This document shows, piece after piece, positions 48,267 through 61,000 of a stretch of 64,000 bases of DNA; the stretch's first letter is position 1; each line of letters begins with the position of its first letter. This stretch comes from Trypanosoma brucei (lineage: Eukaryota). The translations under genes were made by a program, and so were the position numbers. Below the pieces are notes generated by a model that saw only the letters and a program-made list of their open reading frames with translations, had not been told where the DNA came from and did no database searches. Location of the stretch: positions 192,001-256,000 of the forward strand of contig CP000069.1 in NCBI GenBank assembly GCA_000002445.1. The letters run 5' to 3'.

Positions 48267-50057
48267 TCAAAGCACATCTTCACTCAGCAAATTGGCCAAA
48301 GCATTTGCTCCCGTGGCCTCACAATACTCCTTGAGGTGCTTTCGCTTCTCTTTTGGTATGAGGCACGGTATCGAAGTTCTCATGACCTCTTGCACGATGT
48401 TGCTTCCGGTGGAGGGGCCGTGCAGAAGTCCCTGCAAAATGCCATCCCACGCATGTAGACCCCGTGGCGACACCTCTTCTACAGCAAAGAGATGCGCAAG
48501 AAACTGTGATGTGCTTTCGGTTACCTCCCGCCTCAGTTTTTCACGCCAGCGTGTCATTTTCCCGAGTTGAGCGGCGGAGACGTCTTTCTCCCCACAATGT
48601 TCGCAAAAACGCTCACGCCACTCCTCCGCTGCAGAGCAGACGGCTTGTACCGAATCTAGCAAGTGAAATGATGTTATAATCAACTCGGCGCGCGTTTCAC
48701 ACAGCGACGCTGCCTCTTCCTTGGCATCTTCGAGGTGTTGCATGAACATAACTAAAGATGGAACCACAACGGAATTCCATGTGATAATCACGCAGGCTGG
48801 AAGGAGGGCAAAAACGACGGCCAACCGACGCAAGATGGCCTCAAGACACCGAAGCATATGATACGTCCCCCGAACTGCCTTTAGCGTTGCAGTTTGATCC
48901 GTGAGCGTCGGTGAGTTTGTAAGAAACTCGAGTCGCCACAGCACCTGATGCCCTGACGCAAAGGCTTTGCAAACAAATGAACGTGCGGCTTCCGCGTAGG
49001 TGCAAAAAATATCCGGGGAGATCAACCGCTCTACAATGCCCGCTTGCGCACCAAGGTGTACAATTCCACCAGATTTGGTTAGAAAGTCTACAAGACAATT
49101 TACACCGTGAATTGTAAAATCCTTCACCGAAAGGTAACCAGACTCCTCGTGCCATCCATAGGCGCTGCGGAAGACTGACACGGCCGTTGCCGCAAGGGCT
49201 GCGCTTCCAAGCGCAATTAATGTGTTGACGCCATCTTGTTCCCCAATCCCTTCGGGGGCCCACCCGTGCGCACGGGCGTTGTTAACCAGGCGTGTGTAGA
49301 TCTGCTGGAGAAACAAGAAAAAGTGCTGTGGCTCCTCCCTCCGTGCTGTGTTCTTTCCTTCTTGAAAGTGGTAAACCAACTCCTTCTCTAGTGGTTCAAC
49401 CTCTTTCTGTATAAAGGGAAGCAATATGTCATAAAGTTCAACTTTCCACCCACACCGCTTTAACCACGCAATTCGGTCGCTCCCGTCAAAACCCGAAAGG
49501 TGAAGATGTAACAGTAACGACACGGCACGGGCGTAAAAGCCCCTATAGAAACTAAGCGGCATCAGTGCATCCTTCTCCACTTCACTACCATCAGTGTCAG
49601 CCGTTGAAGTCAAAACATTAAACAATGGCCCCAGGGCTTGCACAGTTTGGCTGGCGCTTTCCTTCAGCCCCACCTGTCGACGCCCCGCCATGAGTGATCG
49701 CAGAAAGTTGCTCAATTCACTTTCCACCGCCGTCCATTTCACAGCACCGGGACCGCTATCCATCGCAAGGTTCAGCAGCCGAGTCACTTCTGAGGCGTGA
49801 GGGGTGTTTTCTCGCCGCTCGAAGCGCTGCTGCTGCTGCTGCTGCTGCAACTCTTGTTGGCTACACAGTTGCTTATGTTGCTCTTGGCATTCCTGGCCGG
49901 GATCCCGCACATGATCGGAGAGTTCCTTCAGAATTCCCGGTAGGCAGTCGACCATGCGAGTACTTCTGTCTTCAGTGAGTTTAAGCATAAGTTCCTCCAA
50001 AAGTGCATTGTCCAACTGCGTGAATGAGTTAACGACACCCGACACGAGTTTTATCAT
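48267..50057 (-). CDS. Hypothetical conserved protein (596 aa) with a short polyQ tract
   Basis: Long uninterrupted ORF with balanced composition. It contains a (CAG)8 run at ~49833-49856 encoding QQQQQQQ. No domain recognised by eye. Confidence 0.55.
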   Translation of the reverse strand: MIKLVSGVVNSFTQLDNALLEELMLKLTEDRSTRMVDCLPGILKELSDHVRDPGQECQEQHKQLCSQQELQQQQQQQRFERRENTPHASEVTRLLNLAMDSGPGAVKWTAVESELSNFLRSLMAGRRQVGLKESASQTVQALGPLFNVLTSTADTDGSEVEKDALMPLSFYRGFYARAVSLLLHLHLSGFDGSDRIAWLKRCGWKVELYDILLPFIQKEVEPLEKELVYHFQEGKNTARREEPQHFFLFLQQIYTRLVNNARAHGWAPEGIGEQDGVNTLIALGSAALAATAVSVFRSAYGWHEESGYLSVKDFTIHGVNCLVDFLTKSGGIVHLGAQAGIVERLISPDIFCTYAEAARSFVCKAFASGHQVLWRLEFLTNSPTLTDQTATLKAVRGTYHMLRCLEAILRRLAVVFALLPACVIITWNSVVVPSLVMFMQHLEDAKEEAASLCETRAELIITSFHLLDSVQAVCSAAEEWRERFCEHCGEKDVSAAQLGKMTRWREKLRREVTESTSQFLAHLFAVEEVSPRGLHAWDGILQGLLHGPSTGSNIVQEVMRTSIPCLIPKEKRKHLKEYCEATGANALANLLSEDVL

Positions 50058-50935
50058 TCCTTCACTGCCACTATGCCGCCGCTCCCCCCCACCCCCTTCT
50101 TTCCTTTAATTGCTGTCTCACAACTGTTTGGGCGCCGTATCAGATAAATACAAATTATTTTGGTGCGTGAAACAAAAGGTGTATATAGCTGAACGCAGGG
50201 GCAACAACGATCAATCTGGGAAACCAAACTTCACGGTAACGTTAGGAGCGGCTGAACTGCATGCAGCAGTTCGTGTCAATGAACAAATCTGTCTTACCCT
50301 TTCCTTCTTGTTTTACCTGTTGGTTTGCTGCACGTGTATTGACGAGTAATAATAAAGGAGACGGGGTGAGGGGAGGAGGAGGAGGAGGAAATAACCATGA
50401 TGACAATAACAAGGTGGCGGCGGAAGCAGCAGGTGACGGGTATCAACAGACAAACAAACAGTCACCTAATTTAACTCGCCCCAACAAAAATATCGCCCTG
50501 TTCTGAATGAGCGGTGTAAAGCCCTCACAGACACCAATTTCATTTCGTCTTTTTCTTTGCGTCAAAAGAGAGATAGAGAGATACGGAACGAAAAAGGACG
50601 AGCCGAAGGTACCACCCTCCATGACGGCCACACACAACTGAGATGAGGAAAATATCATGTAAAAAAAAAAATAACACCCAAAGTGACACTCTCATCCCCC
50701 TTCCTCCATCTCTTTCGTGCCGCCTGATATTCCTATACAACAAATTCCACTAAATGACAAGCGCGTGATTACGTGCATGGCTCCACCATATCATCCCTTC
50801 TTTCCACATCCGTTCCGTTCCGTTCCATTCCTTTCTTTTCTTTTCTTCCTTTTCTTTCATTTGTTCCCTACACGTTTCCCACACTGCCGTCATCATCTTC
50901 CTCCTTCCCCCTCCTGCTGTGACTCATCATAAGCG

Positions 50936-51232
50936 TTAATACGGATTGTTGCGGTCCTCATCATTACGACGGAACTTATAGGGACGATAACTGAGATGAT
51001 TCTCCACGAGGAACAAATTCCGCGAGCGCTGCGAATACCACGTGCCTAATTGAAAAAGTGGTGACCACCACGGCAAATACCACGGCGCGAGCCACCGCTC
51101 CTTCACATGCAACCACCGGTCGACGTAATGCTGACGTTCAGCGTAAAGTGTGAGGGCCTTCAGGTTTGGGCGGAAGTGATCCGCCGGATTTGACCAAAAA
51201 TCCGACATAACCGCTTCGATGTTTTCAGTCAT
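50936..51232 (-). CDS. Small hypothetical protein (98 aa), Trp/Tyr-rich, possible LYR-like motif
   Basis: A 98-aa ORF ending with a basic tail (KFRRNDEDRNNPY). It contains a LKALTLYAERQHYVDRW segment reminiscent of LYR-motif proteins. The assignment is weak. Confidence 0.35.
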   Translation of the reverse strand: MTENIEAVMSDFWSNPADHFRPNLKALTLYAERQHYVDRWLHVKERWLAPWYLPWWSPLFQLGTWYSQRSRNLFLVENHLSYRPYKFRRNDEDRNNPY

Positions 51233-51239
51233 GTGGGGC

Positions 51240-51689
51240 CACTGTGGTTTTTTTTCTTCTGTCCTTCCTCTTTTTTTTTTAATTTTTAAAATTCGGGTTG
51301 CTTATGATGCCCTGCAAATATAATATGTATATATTCAATAATAATAATAATATAATTGATTAATATACATACATGTGTGTAAGTATGGTGTGCCATTTAC
51401 GGCAGAGTAAAAACGCATATAATGTTGAGAAGATGTAAAATTGGGAGAAAAAAAAATGCAACAGACTTGAGGAGTTACAGATTTTTTTTACGAAATGTAA
51501 CACAGTGAAACAGGGCCAAAAAAAAAAAACAAAACAAAATTACAAAAAAAAAAGAAGAGGGGGACGAATGGAAGACGTGTATGCGATTGAAACACACAAA
51601 CACACCGGTGAGAAATGGGGGAGAGGGGGTGAAAGTAAAAAAAAAAAGGTACATCAAACACACAAACTTTTCGTTTCATATCTTCATTT

Positions 51690-51724
<35 letters not shown>

Positions 51725-53590
51725 CATCGCTTTCTTCCGTTTCTTTTTTTTTAAATCTTTAAATAACGGAACGAGTGTGCATAATTTTATTGTACGCACT
51801 TCGCTCCACTCACTCTGTTTCTTTTCTTTTTTTTCCTTTTGCGTTTGCTTTGAGTTGCCGTGAGAATGAGGGAAATGACGGAGGGGAAATAATAATGATG
51901 AAAAGGATGATGTGACAAGCGGATGGTGGCCCGTTATTATTATTATTATTATTACTATTTTTCTTTTTTCTTTTTTCCCTCAGGATTAAAGGAGGGGGAG
52001 GGAGAAAAGGAAGAGGGACGTGTGATCACCTCATTTTTTTAATATATATTTATATATATATTTTGTGTTCCTCCCTCCGCCGCTTTTCCCTTTATTTTCA
52101 TAAAAGCAATAATACCAATGATAATAATAGTAATAATAATACCAATAATTTAAATAAAAGAGGAAAGAAAAAAAAGAAAGAAAAGAAACCAAGGCGATCT
52201 GCCGAGAGCTTTTTGGAGCTTTGCAACATTTCCCTCCCTTCCCAACCAAAAAGAAAAAAAAGAAAAAAAAACCGCTCACTTCATTTTATTTTAAACTTTT
52301 CTTTTAAATAAAACAATCCCATTTCATACGACCTCTCCCCCTCCTCTCTTTATTATTATTATTATTATCATTATTATTCCTTCACCATATCCTTTTCTTT
52401 TCTTTTTTTTTTGTAGATTTGCATTTTCCCTTTTCCCCATAATTACATTTACTTCGGCGGCAACAGCGGGAAAAAAGAAGACAAAAACCAAACAAAAACA
52501 AATGGAAAAAAAACCAATAAATAAATAAAGGAGATAAGTAAGTGATAATATGTCATGAGATGAATATATGTTTGGTAGAAAAGGAGGGGACAAAAAACAA
52601 CAACAACAAAAAAAAAAAAGAAAAAAAAATCATCAACAACAATAACATCAACACAAAACCCGTGCAAATAAACAATAACACCAACAAAAGAAACACGACG
52701 CTCAAAACCAAAGAAAAAGTACACACGAAACAACAAACAGACAAAAAAAAACAGAAAAGGAGGTGAGAAAAAGGGCAGAGGAAGTTTATATTATTATTAT
52801 TATTATTTAAAAGGTCGGCCCCGCTTTTGCTTTATATATATAAATATATTATTTAATTTATTTTGTTTTGTGCATGTGAGTTCCATGAGGCACACTTACC
52901 CGCTGGCCCTTCCTTCACTCCCCTTTGATATTCATTCCTCATTCATTCATTTAATTATTTTTTCTTGTTTTTTTTTAAAAAAATTTCCCCCTCTACACTG
53001 ATTTAAAATAAATATATAATATATGTACATATATTATTTCATACACTCCGCATAGCTGTCCATCCTCATTTCATTTTGTTTTTTCTCGTTCCGTCATTCT
53101 CTCCGATATCCACACGGCTACAAAAAAAAAAGAAAAGAAAAGAAGAAAAGAAAAGAAAAAAAAAAACAAAAGCACACACACAGATCAAAAATAAGGGGGG
53201 GGGAAACGTAAAAAAAAAAAAAAGACTGAAGGAATAATTAAAAAGAAAAAAAAATTAAACATAATAATAAAGAAGAAAAGAAACAAACAACAAGCGACAA
53301 GGAAAAACAAAAAAAAACAACAAAGAAGTTGGTAATTGACTAGAGCCGAAAATAGCAGAGGTGGTGGGATTAAAAGAAAAAACAAACACAGAACAAAAAG
53401 AAAAAGAAGGAAAGGAAAAATCAAAAAGACTTCTTTTTTTGTTTTTTCTTTTTTTTCCCTCTCCTCCTCCTCCTCCTCCTCTCCTCCTCTCGCAGAAACA
53501 TATATATATATATATATATTTTCTTTCTTTCCTCCTTTCTTTTTCCCTTACCTTCTTTTTATTCACTTCACCTTTTCCCTCATTCCCGCC
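51240..53590. repeat. AT-rich low-complexity intergenic tract with multiple microsatellites
   Basis: (TA)n runs at ~51694-51722 and 53502-53520, (ATT/TTA)n at ~51935-51960 and 52352-52375, long poly-A/poly-T and (GAAAA)n-like runs (e.g. 53125-53165), and (CCT)n at 53461-53490. All ORFs here are low-complexity artefacts. Confidence 0.8.
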
Positions 53591-53591
53591 A

Positions 53592-54668
53592 TCAGCTATG
53601 ACCCTTTACCGCTTGTGTCATTATTGGAGAAGCCGGAAAGGCGGCATTTTTGCTTCCCGTGAAGTTACTGAAGGCATGACCGCCACCACCACCGCTGCCA
53701 GGTATTGTTGTGCTGTTGGGGGTCCCTGCTGACGAGGAATCTTCACAGAGCCCATAAAGCACGCCATTGTTTGCTACAGGTATATTGGAGTTAAAACAGT
53801 CACGCAGCAATTTAAAATAACAATGGCCCGTCAGCAACGAGTCGCTGCCCGCCTGATGAGCCATGCCGAAACGCCGCACGCGGAGGCTATCGGCAAGGTG
53901 ATCTAATCCCAATGAGTGCGTTAACTCGGTGGAACGCAAGAGATATTTGATATCATACACGCACGGGAAAAGGGCATGGAAGGTTTGTAGGAAATCCTCT
54001 TCCTTTTCTGGTAGGTCTTTTCCACCCACTACTTTGATCAGGTATCCAAAGTCGTAACCGGCGTGGAAGGCCAACCAGCGAATGTCGGGATTTAACACGA
54101 GTCCGCTGGAGATGAGCAGCTCTGCGAAGTGCGTCACCTCCACGCCATACTCGGAGAAGTAATCGAAGTTAATGCCACCATGACACAACAACTGAATACT
54201 ATCCTGCGCGTACACATCCTCTGTGAGGCAGAAGCGGAAGTTGAACTGCCACGTGCAGCAGTTCTCGGGAACCTCGCCCTTCTCATTGAGAAGTGTAATG
54301 CCTAGCTGAATCATCTTCAGTAAATTCACATTGCACCGCAGCGTTTGGTAATAGAACTCGTGCGTGGATTTGAAGTTACCGACAGGTTTCGCTACTACAC
54401 CGGGAAACTCAGTATCCATGGCCACAAATGGGTAGTCTTTGATAAGCGAACGGATTATACCAAACTCCTGCTCTAAGTTATCCTCCCACACATCGCGAAT
54501 CATTGGTGATTTACTAAGTGATGGAATGAGGGAAACATTTCCCGCCTTAAGAGCAGCCGATGGAAAACGTTGATGGGGTTGAGGTTGCGGTTGCGGTTGC
54601 TGCTGTGCGTAGGCTCCATAATGTGTCCCGCCACCATACTGCATCATTTTCCCGTTTCCCGTTTCCAC
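53592..54668 (-). CDS. CAF1: CAF1 deadenylase (CCR4-NOT complex subunit CAF1/POP2, DEDD 3'-5' exonuclease)
   Basis: 358-aa ORF. It shows the DEDDh exonuclease motifs of CAF1: FVAMDTEFPGVV (Asp-Glu), FNFRF, and HAGYDFGYLIK / AHQAGSDSLLT (His/Asp). It also has a Gln/Pro-rich N-terminus and a Gly/Ser-rich C-terminus. Confidence 0.85.
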   Translation of the reverse strand: METGNGKMMQYGGGTHYGAYAQQQPQPQPQPHQRFPSAALKAGNVSLIPSLSKSPMIRDVWEDNLEQEFGIIRSLIKDYPFVAMDTEFPGVVAKPVGNFKSTHEFYYQTLRCNVNLLKMIQLGITLLNEKGEVPENCCTWQFNFRFCLTEDVYAQDSIQLLCHGGINFDYFSEYGVEVTHFAELLISSGLVLNPDIRWLAFHAGYDFGYLIKVVGGKDLPEKEEDFLQTFHALFPCVYDIKYLLRSTELTHSLGLDHLADSLRVRRFGMAHQAGSDSLLTGHCYFKLLRDCFNSNIPVANNGVLYGLCEDSSSAGTPNSTTIPGSGGGGGHAFSNFTGSKNAAFPASPIMTQAVKGHS

Positions 54669-54707
54669 TTTCCCTCCTTTTTACCTTATAAGTTATTTGT
54701 AGTGGTA

Positions 54708-54743
<36 letters not shown>

Positions 54744-55647
54744 TAGATTTATTTATTTATTTTTTTTCGTTTTGTTATTATTTAAAATGAAACAAACAAA
54801 AAAACAAACAACAACAAAAAAATTCGTTCCTTTTCTTTTTGTTTCGTTACTACCTTCTGCAACTTTTCCTTCACCACGGAAGGTGGATTTAGTGTGTTTG
54901 GACGCTTAAACTCCTTTCAGTGACTGCGGAACAAATAAGCAAAAACAAAAACAATACCAATAAAAATAGAAGAAGATTGAAGTGAAGGAGAAAAAGACAA
55001 ACAAATAAGAGAAGCACAGTGTGCCATAAGAAGATGGAATAATAACAGATAAGATATTAAATGGAGGTGTCGCCCGTACGAAAGTGAGAGAAAATTTACG
55101 TCAAATGAACCGCACGAACCAAAGATGTCGCGCCACACGAGTGCACAACCAAGAGAAGCGCCGAAAAGTTTGTACGCATACACCGCTGTGCATGACCGTA
55201 TAGATGTGTAACACACGCCTAAAAAAATTGCTTCAGAGTTTACCCTCATTCCTCATAAGGGAACATGCACATGCACATAAATGTATACAAATGTATATAT
55301 ATAAATGTATATATGTGTGATTGTGACGACATTGAGGGGAAGAGAAAGGAGCCGTGCAGATGCATCAAGTTAGCGAATCGGGTAGCTCAATGCAACAGAG
55401 GGAAAATAACATTTACTACATCGAACATCACCAACCTCGCAACATGCAGCGCCTCCGCTCTTCCAAACCCATAGACCAACTGCATCCTCCCACGCCTTCC
55501 TTCTCTCTCTTTTTTTTTTTCATTATGCCGTGTTTGAGCTGCTGCCACTTGGGTGTGAAGAGGCCAAATCATGCGGCAGCATCACCGCAAAATAATACAA
55601 CAGCCTCCAAAATATTTCTCTCTTTTTTTTTTTTTTTGCACATACAC

Positions 55648-57387
55648 TCAGAATGTGCCATCTGGATTGACCCATGCCATTTCCGCTCGCTCCAATCTTT
55701 TGGCCTCCTGCAACTCCTCCATAATATTCAGCTGCGCCAGCTCACGCACGCCGACTGGAGTGTCACTTCGCATTAATTCCCACAGTTCCTTTTCTTTCCT
55801 TTGTATTGTCGCCGTGTGCATCGAGTCATGCGGGAGCGTCAGCGTTTTTGCTAACACATTTTCTTTATTTTTCACTCCTTTATTTCCATTTTTCCAATGC
55901 TTATGATATGCATCCCTGCGACTTGCCTGGTCCAATGCATTCACATCAAGTAGTAGTGAGCGGACAGACGCCTGCACAACGGCCCACCGGTCCTTCTCAA
56001 TTATTTCTGAAGAATTCGATGGCGGAGATTCGGGCACGGGCGCGGGCACGTCGGCGCAAACACTTCCGTCACCATCACCACCACAAACATCAGCGGAGTG
56101 ATGGTTTCGTGCGGCGCGAGCAAACGCCATGAGCAACTCACTTGGATCATCCTCCCGTACTAGTGAGGAGACAAGTGTTGCAGCTACGGCAAAACTGTCA
56201 TCGTGCCTTGCCCGTTGCGCAACACACTGCAAAACCAATTCCTGTTCTTCTTCACTAAATGTCGTGTGTGGCAGATCACGAAACTCAGGAAGCAGCTCAT
56301 TTTTCCTTGCGCGAAGTAACACATACAATAAATGCCCTACAGTCCCATCTTGTGCCAGGAAGTGTGTCAGTGCCTTTACAGTTTTGGGTCCACACCGCAT
56401 TCCCTTTTCCCTTGCAAACACCTCAACCGCAAGTACGACAGTTCGCTCTGCCAACGTTACGCCCAACGCGGCAGCTGCGCGGATCACCTCCCACTTCCGC
56501 ACGTGACTCAGCGTCAAAGCGTAGTAAACAAACATTCCATGTGCGGCTACTGCGTCACTCCTGTAGGCGGTGTGCAACCGATTACCTAAGCGCCGCTGAA
56601 GCAACAAACCCTTCGCTGAGTGCGGCACCGAGCCGTCTTCCACTTCAATGGGATTCAATGAGGGATGTTGCATCAGGGAGAACACCGTCACATCGAATGG
56701 TGCACTACAATCGGCCATGTATTTGGCGTATGTTAGGGCCTCATCAACTCTACCGCTAGCTGTACAGCAGTAAACCCATGCTGAGAGCACCTCCGGCGTC
56801 GTTTGTTGTTGTTGCTCCATGCGGCCGAAAAGCATTTGACATGTTGTGAAGTAGTCCGCATCCAAAGTGCAATGGTAGGCGGCCATGCAGAGCAACGTAC
56901 GAAGCAATACCGAAGGCAGTGCAAACTGCTCCTCCGGTGGATTCTGCAGCGAAGCAAACGTACAACTCTTCATGAAATCCTCATAAATAACATGTGGAAG
57001 GGGCGCATCGCGCGCCCTCAGTACGGTGGGAAAGAGGAGGAATAAACTGTGCTCTGTGATGTATCTGAGAGCATCGTGGTAAGGAAGGTGCCCTATTATT
57101 GTTTCCAATGCCTCGTGGGTCGGAGCCCGCCACAATTCCTCCTTTTTGGGTAAATAAGTACTGTTTCGAACGAGAGGTTTGAGCGCCGGCAGATTCAGAA
57201 GCCATTTCTTGTTGAAAGTTCCACAGCGCTCGGCGTCAAATCGAGGGGAATGTGGGAGATAATATGGTGGGTCAGGTAACTGTGTTCCATTAGCACTAAA
57301 TGCACCGGCGCTATCACTATTGCTTGCGGAACTAATGCGGCAGCCTCTCACGGTGCTGTGAGGGCGGCGGAGGCGGCGTATTAACAT
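55648..57387 (-). CDS. Hypothetical protein (579 aa), possible mitochondrial helical-repeat protein
   Basis: Long ORF with an Arg-rich N-terminus (MLIRRLRRPHSTVRGCRISS) that resembles a mitochondrial presequence. The body is helical and Leu/Ala-rich. No defined family recognised. Confidence 0.5.
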   Translation of the reverse strand: MLIRRLRRPHSTVRGCRISSASNSDSAGAFSANGTQLPDPPYYLPHSPRFDAERCGTFNKKWLLNLPALKPLVRNSTYLPKKEELWRAPTHEALETIIGHLPYHDALRYITEHSLFLLFPTVLRARDAPLPHVIYEDFMKSCTFASLQNPPEEQFALPSVLLRTLLCMAAYHCTLDADYFTTCQMLFGRMEQQQQTTPEVLSAWVYCCTASGRVDEALTYAKYMADCSAPFDVTVFSLMQHPSLNPIEVEDGSVPHSAKGLLLQRRLGNRLHTAYRSDAVAAHGMFVYYALTLSHVRKWEVIRAAAALGVTLAERTVVLAVEVFAREKGMRCGPKTVKALTHFLAQDGTVGHLLYVLLRARKNELLPEFRDLPHTTFSEEEQELVLQCVAQRARHDDSFAVAATLVSSLVREDDPSELLMAFARAARNHHSADVCGGDGDGSVCADVPAPVPESPPSNSSEIIEKDRWAVVQASVRSLLLDVNALDQASRRDAYHKHWKNGNKGVKNKENVLAKTLTLPHDSMHTATIQRKEKELWELMRSDTPVGVRELAQLNIMEELQEAKRLERAEMAWVNPDGTF

Positions 57388-58034
57388 TGAGGACCAACCA
57401 AATATCCTCCTCTAACAACAAAGATTAAGCGAGAGAATAAGAAAAACAGGATGCAGCAAAAAAAAAAAAAAGGATGAAAAGACGCATTTGGGAAGGGCAT
57501 GCAGAGCGAAATCATGCGGCACCACGGGGACCGGAAGCATATGTGTAGAATCAGCAGCGGCTGCCGGCACCTTGGCCGGTGTGCGCGTCCACAGCTTCTG
57601 TTCATTCTTTTCTTTTTTTTGTATGTTACAAGCGTATGTACATCCCGCGGTGGGCACGCGTATATATATGCACCCAAGTATGAAGAGACAAACAAATGTA
57701 TGTGCTTGCCCTCAAACTCCAACACCTTTTTTTTCTCGCCCTCTATCCCAACGTTTCAACTTTCTTTCCCTCTCACTGTTATTGTTCAATTAGCCGCAGA
57801 AAAAAGCTCTCCGTCATAATCTAAAATTAAGCGAAGATGAATGAATAACAACAATAGCCACGAGAGAAAATAAGCTGTACATGCGACAAATTATATGTTT
57901 AATGCCATGCTTACTCATCTAAATTTCCGCCTTCCTCTCTTGTTCCTTGCACCTTTCTCTCTTTTTCCTTCTTTACTTTTTTTTTTTCAATTCTAATGAT
58001 TAGTGTACATCCTGAACATCTCATATTCTATCAC

Positions 58035-61000
58035 TTATGGGTGTATAGGCCGACCGCTCACCTTTCCAATAACCTTATATATCCATTGCATTTCTTCCGT
58101 GTCAATAATCAGCGTTCCCTCAGGCTGCGGCAGCCTTGCTGTGGGGGAAAATAGAACCTGCATTGTTGTTGCCGCATTTGCGTTTCGCTGCCCAATAATA
58201 AAAGGAGGAAGTACACCCTGCGGCACCCCCACTGAGAAATCACGTGAGCTGTCAGGGGTAAAGTAGGCTGTAAAAGGAGAGGAATGCGGGTAGATGTTGT
58301 AAATATCAAATGTGATGGTGGAAACAGCGCGGAGGGTGGATTTGACGACCAGCGTATCATCAACATCAGCGCGGGAGGCTTCCAGAACAATAGAATAGCG
58401 CCAGACCGATTCCTTTTCGGCGCGAACTACGAGATCCGCCATTGCAACAAAAGGGCGGAGAGGGACAAATCGTATATCCAACTTGAGCATCCCTTCAACC
58501 TCCACAGTAGGGTGCACTTTGAAGAAGAGACTGTTGCGAACCGCGCTGGCATACTGCTGCCCTCGTTCAAGATCCAGTGTTATGGTCACATTGCTCAAGT
58601 TGGCTGCCGTCATCCCTGGGGCGACCAACTCAACTGTTTCCTCCACTTTCTTCCGCGCTACACAACGGAACCGCAGCGGTTGATCGTGGCTGCGCCACTC
58701 CGCCAAACCCTTCAATGGGAAAACCCACGTCATGTCCTGCACTTCTTCCGACAAAAACTTCGGCTTCACCAAAACAGTGGCATTGTGCCGTCCTACAGTC
58801 TTGGGTTCGTACATCACCACTATAGAGGCTTCAGTCGCTGGTGCTATTGGCGTACCGGGAAGCGACTGTGCGGCAGCGGAATAGTAATTCATCTCTTCGC
58901 ACTTGACCTCGACGTCCGGCATCATCGGAACGCTAAACGGGTTCTTGAACTTGAGCACAACGGAAACTCTTCCCAAAGCTTCGCAAACGCATTCCACCGG
59001 CGCAAACTCCGCAGGAGCGTGGCCTACACCCCGGCAGTGATAACACCACTCTGCTGAGTCGAGGTTGAGAAGTTTGATCATGGCCTCCTGGGGCCTTCCT
59101 ATAGCTGTCGGTTTGTACACAATATCGATAGTTAACTCCGAGTATGGAGGAACCCTCGGGTTACTAGGCACAACCGAGAAGTTGTCGTGGTTGGTGTTGG
59201 TGACGCACAGCGGCAGCTCGTTCGGGGTATTGTTCGGGATTCGTACCTGCACCGTCTGCGGCACGCCGATTTCGCTTGAGAATGCCACTTCCTCCGGCGC
59301 AGCATCCTCAACCACAATGTCCAATTCGTACCAAAACTCCCCCACCTCTTTGTTGAAGAACGTCAGCCTCCCCGGGAACTTGCCAGTACGTGAGGGAAGG
59401 AACAACAGGGAATACACAGATGGTTCACTCGGCTCCACCAAAATGGAGTTTTCTCCGAAGAGCCCTACGCCGTAACGCCCTACAGTGAAATCAATGGTTT
59501 TGTCCATGGGGTTTTGGATGCTCACGTAGGCTGTTACGGGCGTACGCGTGTCCGTGCAAATGTTGAGCGTACCTTCCTTTTCAGGAGCGCTCACAATTAT
59601 GGTGATACCATACCACGCGAAGTGACCATTTGGAGCCCGGCACACAACCGTTCCGTTGAATGTTCCACCCATAAGAGGGTGAAGTATCAAGTCGTACTTT
59701 GCATTTGTGCCCCTCCGCACAAGCACTGTCGGCTTTCCTGTAGCGAATGGCAAGTCTGTTTCCACCGTATAGTTCCCATCCATGTTGTTGATATCGGGAA
59801 TCGTCAGCGTCTCTATTCGTTTCTCGCGTGCCCTACACTCCACAGTAATTACATCCTCACAGAGCGGTTCCACGGATTCTCCATACAGCATGAAGGTTCG
59901 GCGCTCACCCGTCTCCCGATTATGGAGTGTGAGGGTTCCCGTGTCCGATGAAACCCATGCAGGGTTGTATCGAAGAAGGTACTCACGGCTTTTGCCGCGT
60001 GGAATGCGGACCTCCTTCTGTCCACTGAAGCAGTCACCCTCGATAGTGGCTGTAATCAACCAACTTTCCTTCGTGTTGTTGACGATGGGCACGCGTTGCA
60101 CAATAGATTGCCGCGCTGGGCATGAGAAACGCAAAATACTCTTCTCACCTACAGGAATACCCTTACCATGAAGAAGAATAGTCCGTACGTCATACTTCGA
60201 TGCGAGAATAATATACCCATTGTAGTCACCAACGACTTTCGGGCAGAAGCTGAACTGCAGTTCCAGCATTTGGTCGCCGCGGGTGAAGAAAATACTTTCG
60301 GGACCTATGAAGAAGGGACTGGGTCCAACAAAAGACTCGTTCACGAATGTGACACTGTAGGGAATATTGGTGAGCTCCGGCATTGATGGCCCCTTAACAA
60401 CTCGCGAGCTTGGAAACCGGTTGCAATCCTCCACTGTGTTCATCATACGCTCGAACTGTTGATTGTGCAATTTCAGCATGACTGTGTTGTTACACGCTTC
60501 ACCCACCTCCGCTCGCGTAACAAACTTTTCTATTGGTTTCGGTGGTATACACGTGCCAATGAGCACGATAGAGAACTCACCCAGCTGAACATCGTGGAAG
60601 GTTACCTGTGCTTCGTACTGACCACGGGCGCACGGAGCAAACTGCACGCTCACTTTAGTAGGCTCCCCCACGTTGAATGACACAACACCGGCCGATATGT
60701 AAAAGGCACCCTGTTGCAGTTTGCCAAACTCTCCTTCAGAATATCCTCCATCGTTTTTGTATTCCTGTGACAGTCGTAAAGTTGCCACATAGTTCTGTGC
60801 GAATGGGTTTTCAACGCATATTTCTTGATGCACCACTGTATAGAGTGGCGCCTGCAGGTGGACTGTACGCAGAGGCTCCTCACTTGGCAGGGCGACGAGA
60901 TGAAATACTAACGGCATCCGTTCCTTCACCAGGTTCTGGGCACTGTCAACAAGTACGCATTCCCCTTCCAGTCGTCGGTTAAAGCGAAGAGTCACCTCCA

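Noticed and set aside
58284-59057. 257-aa + strand ORF antisense to the large ASH-repeat gene.
   Set aside because: It lies fully inside the large minus-strand coding sequence, and nothing supports it being a separate gene.
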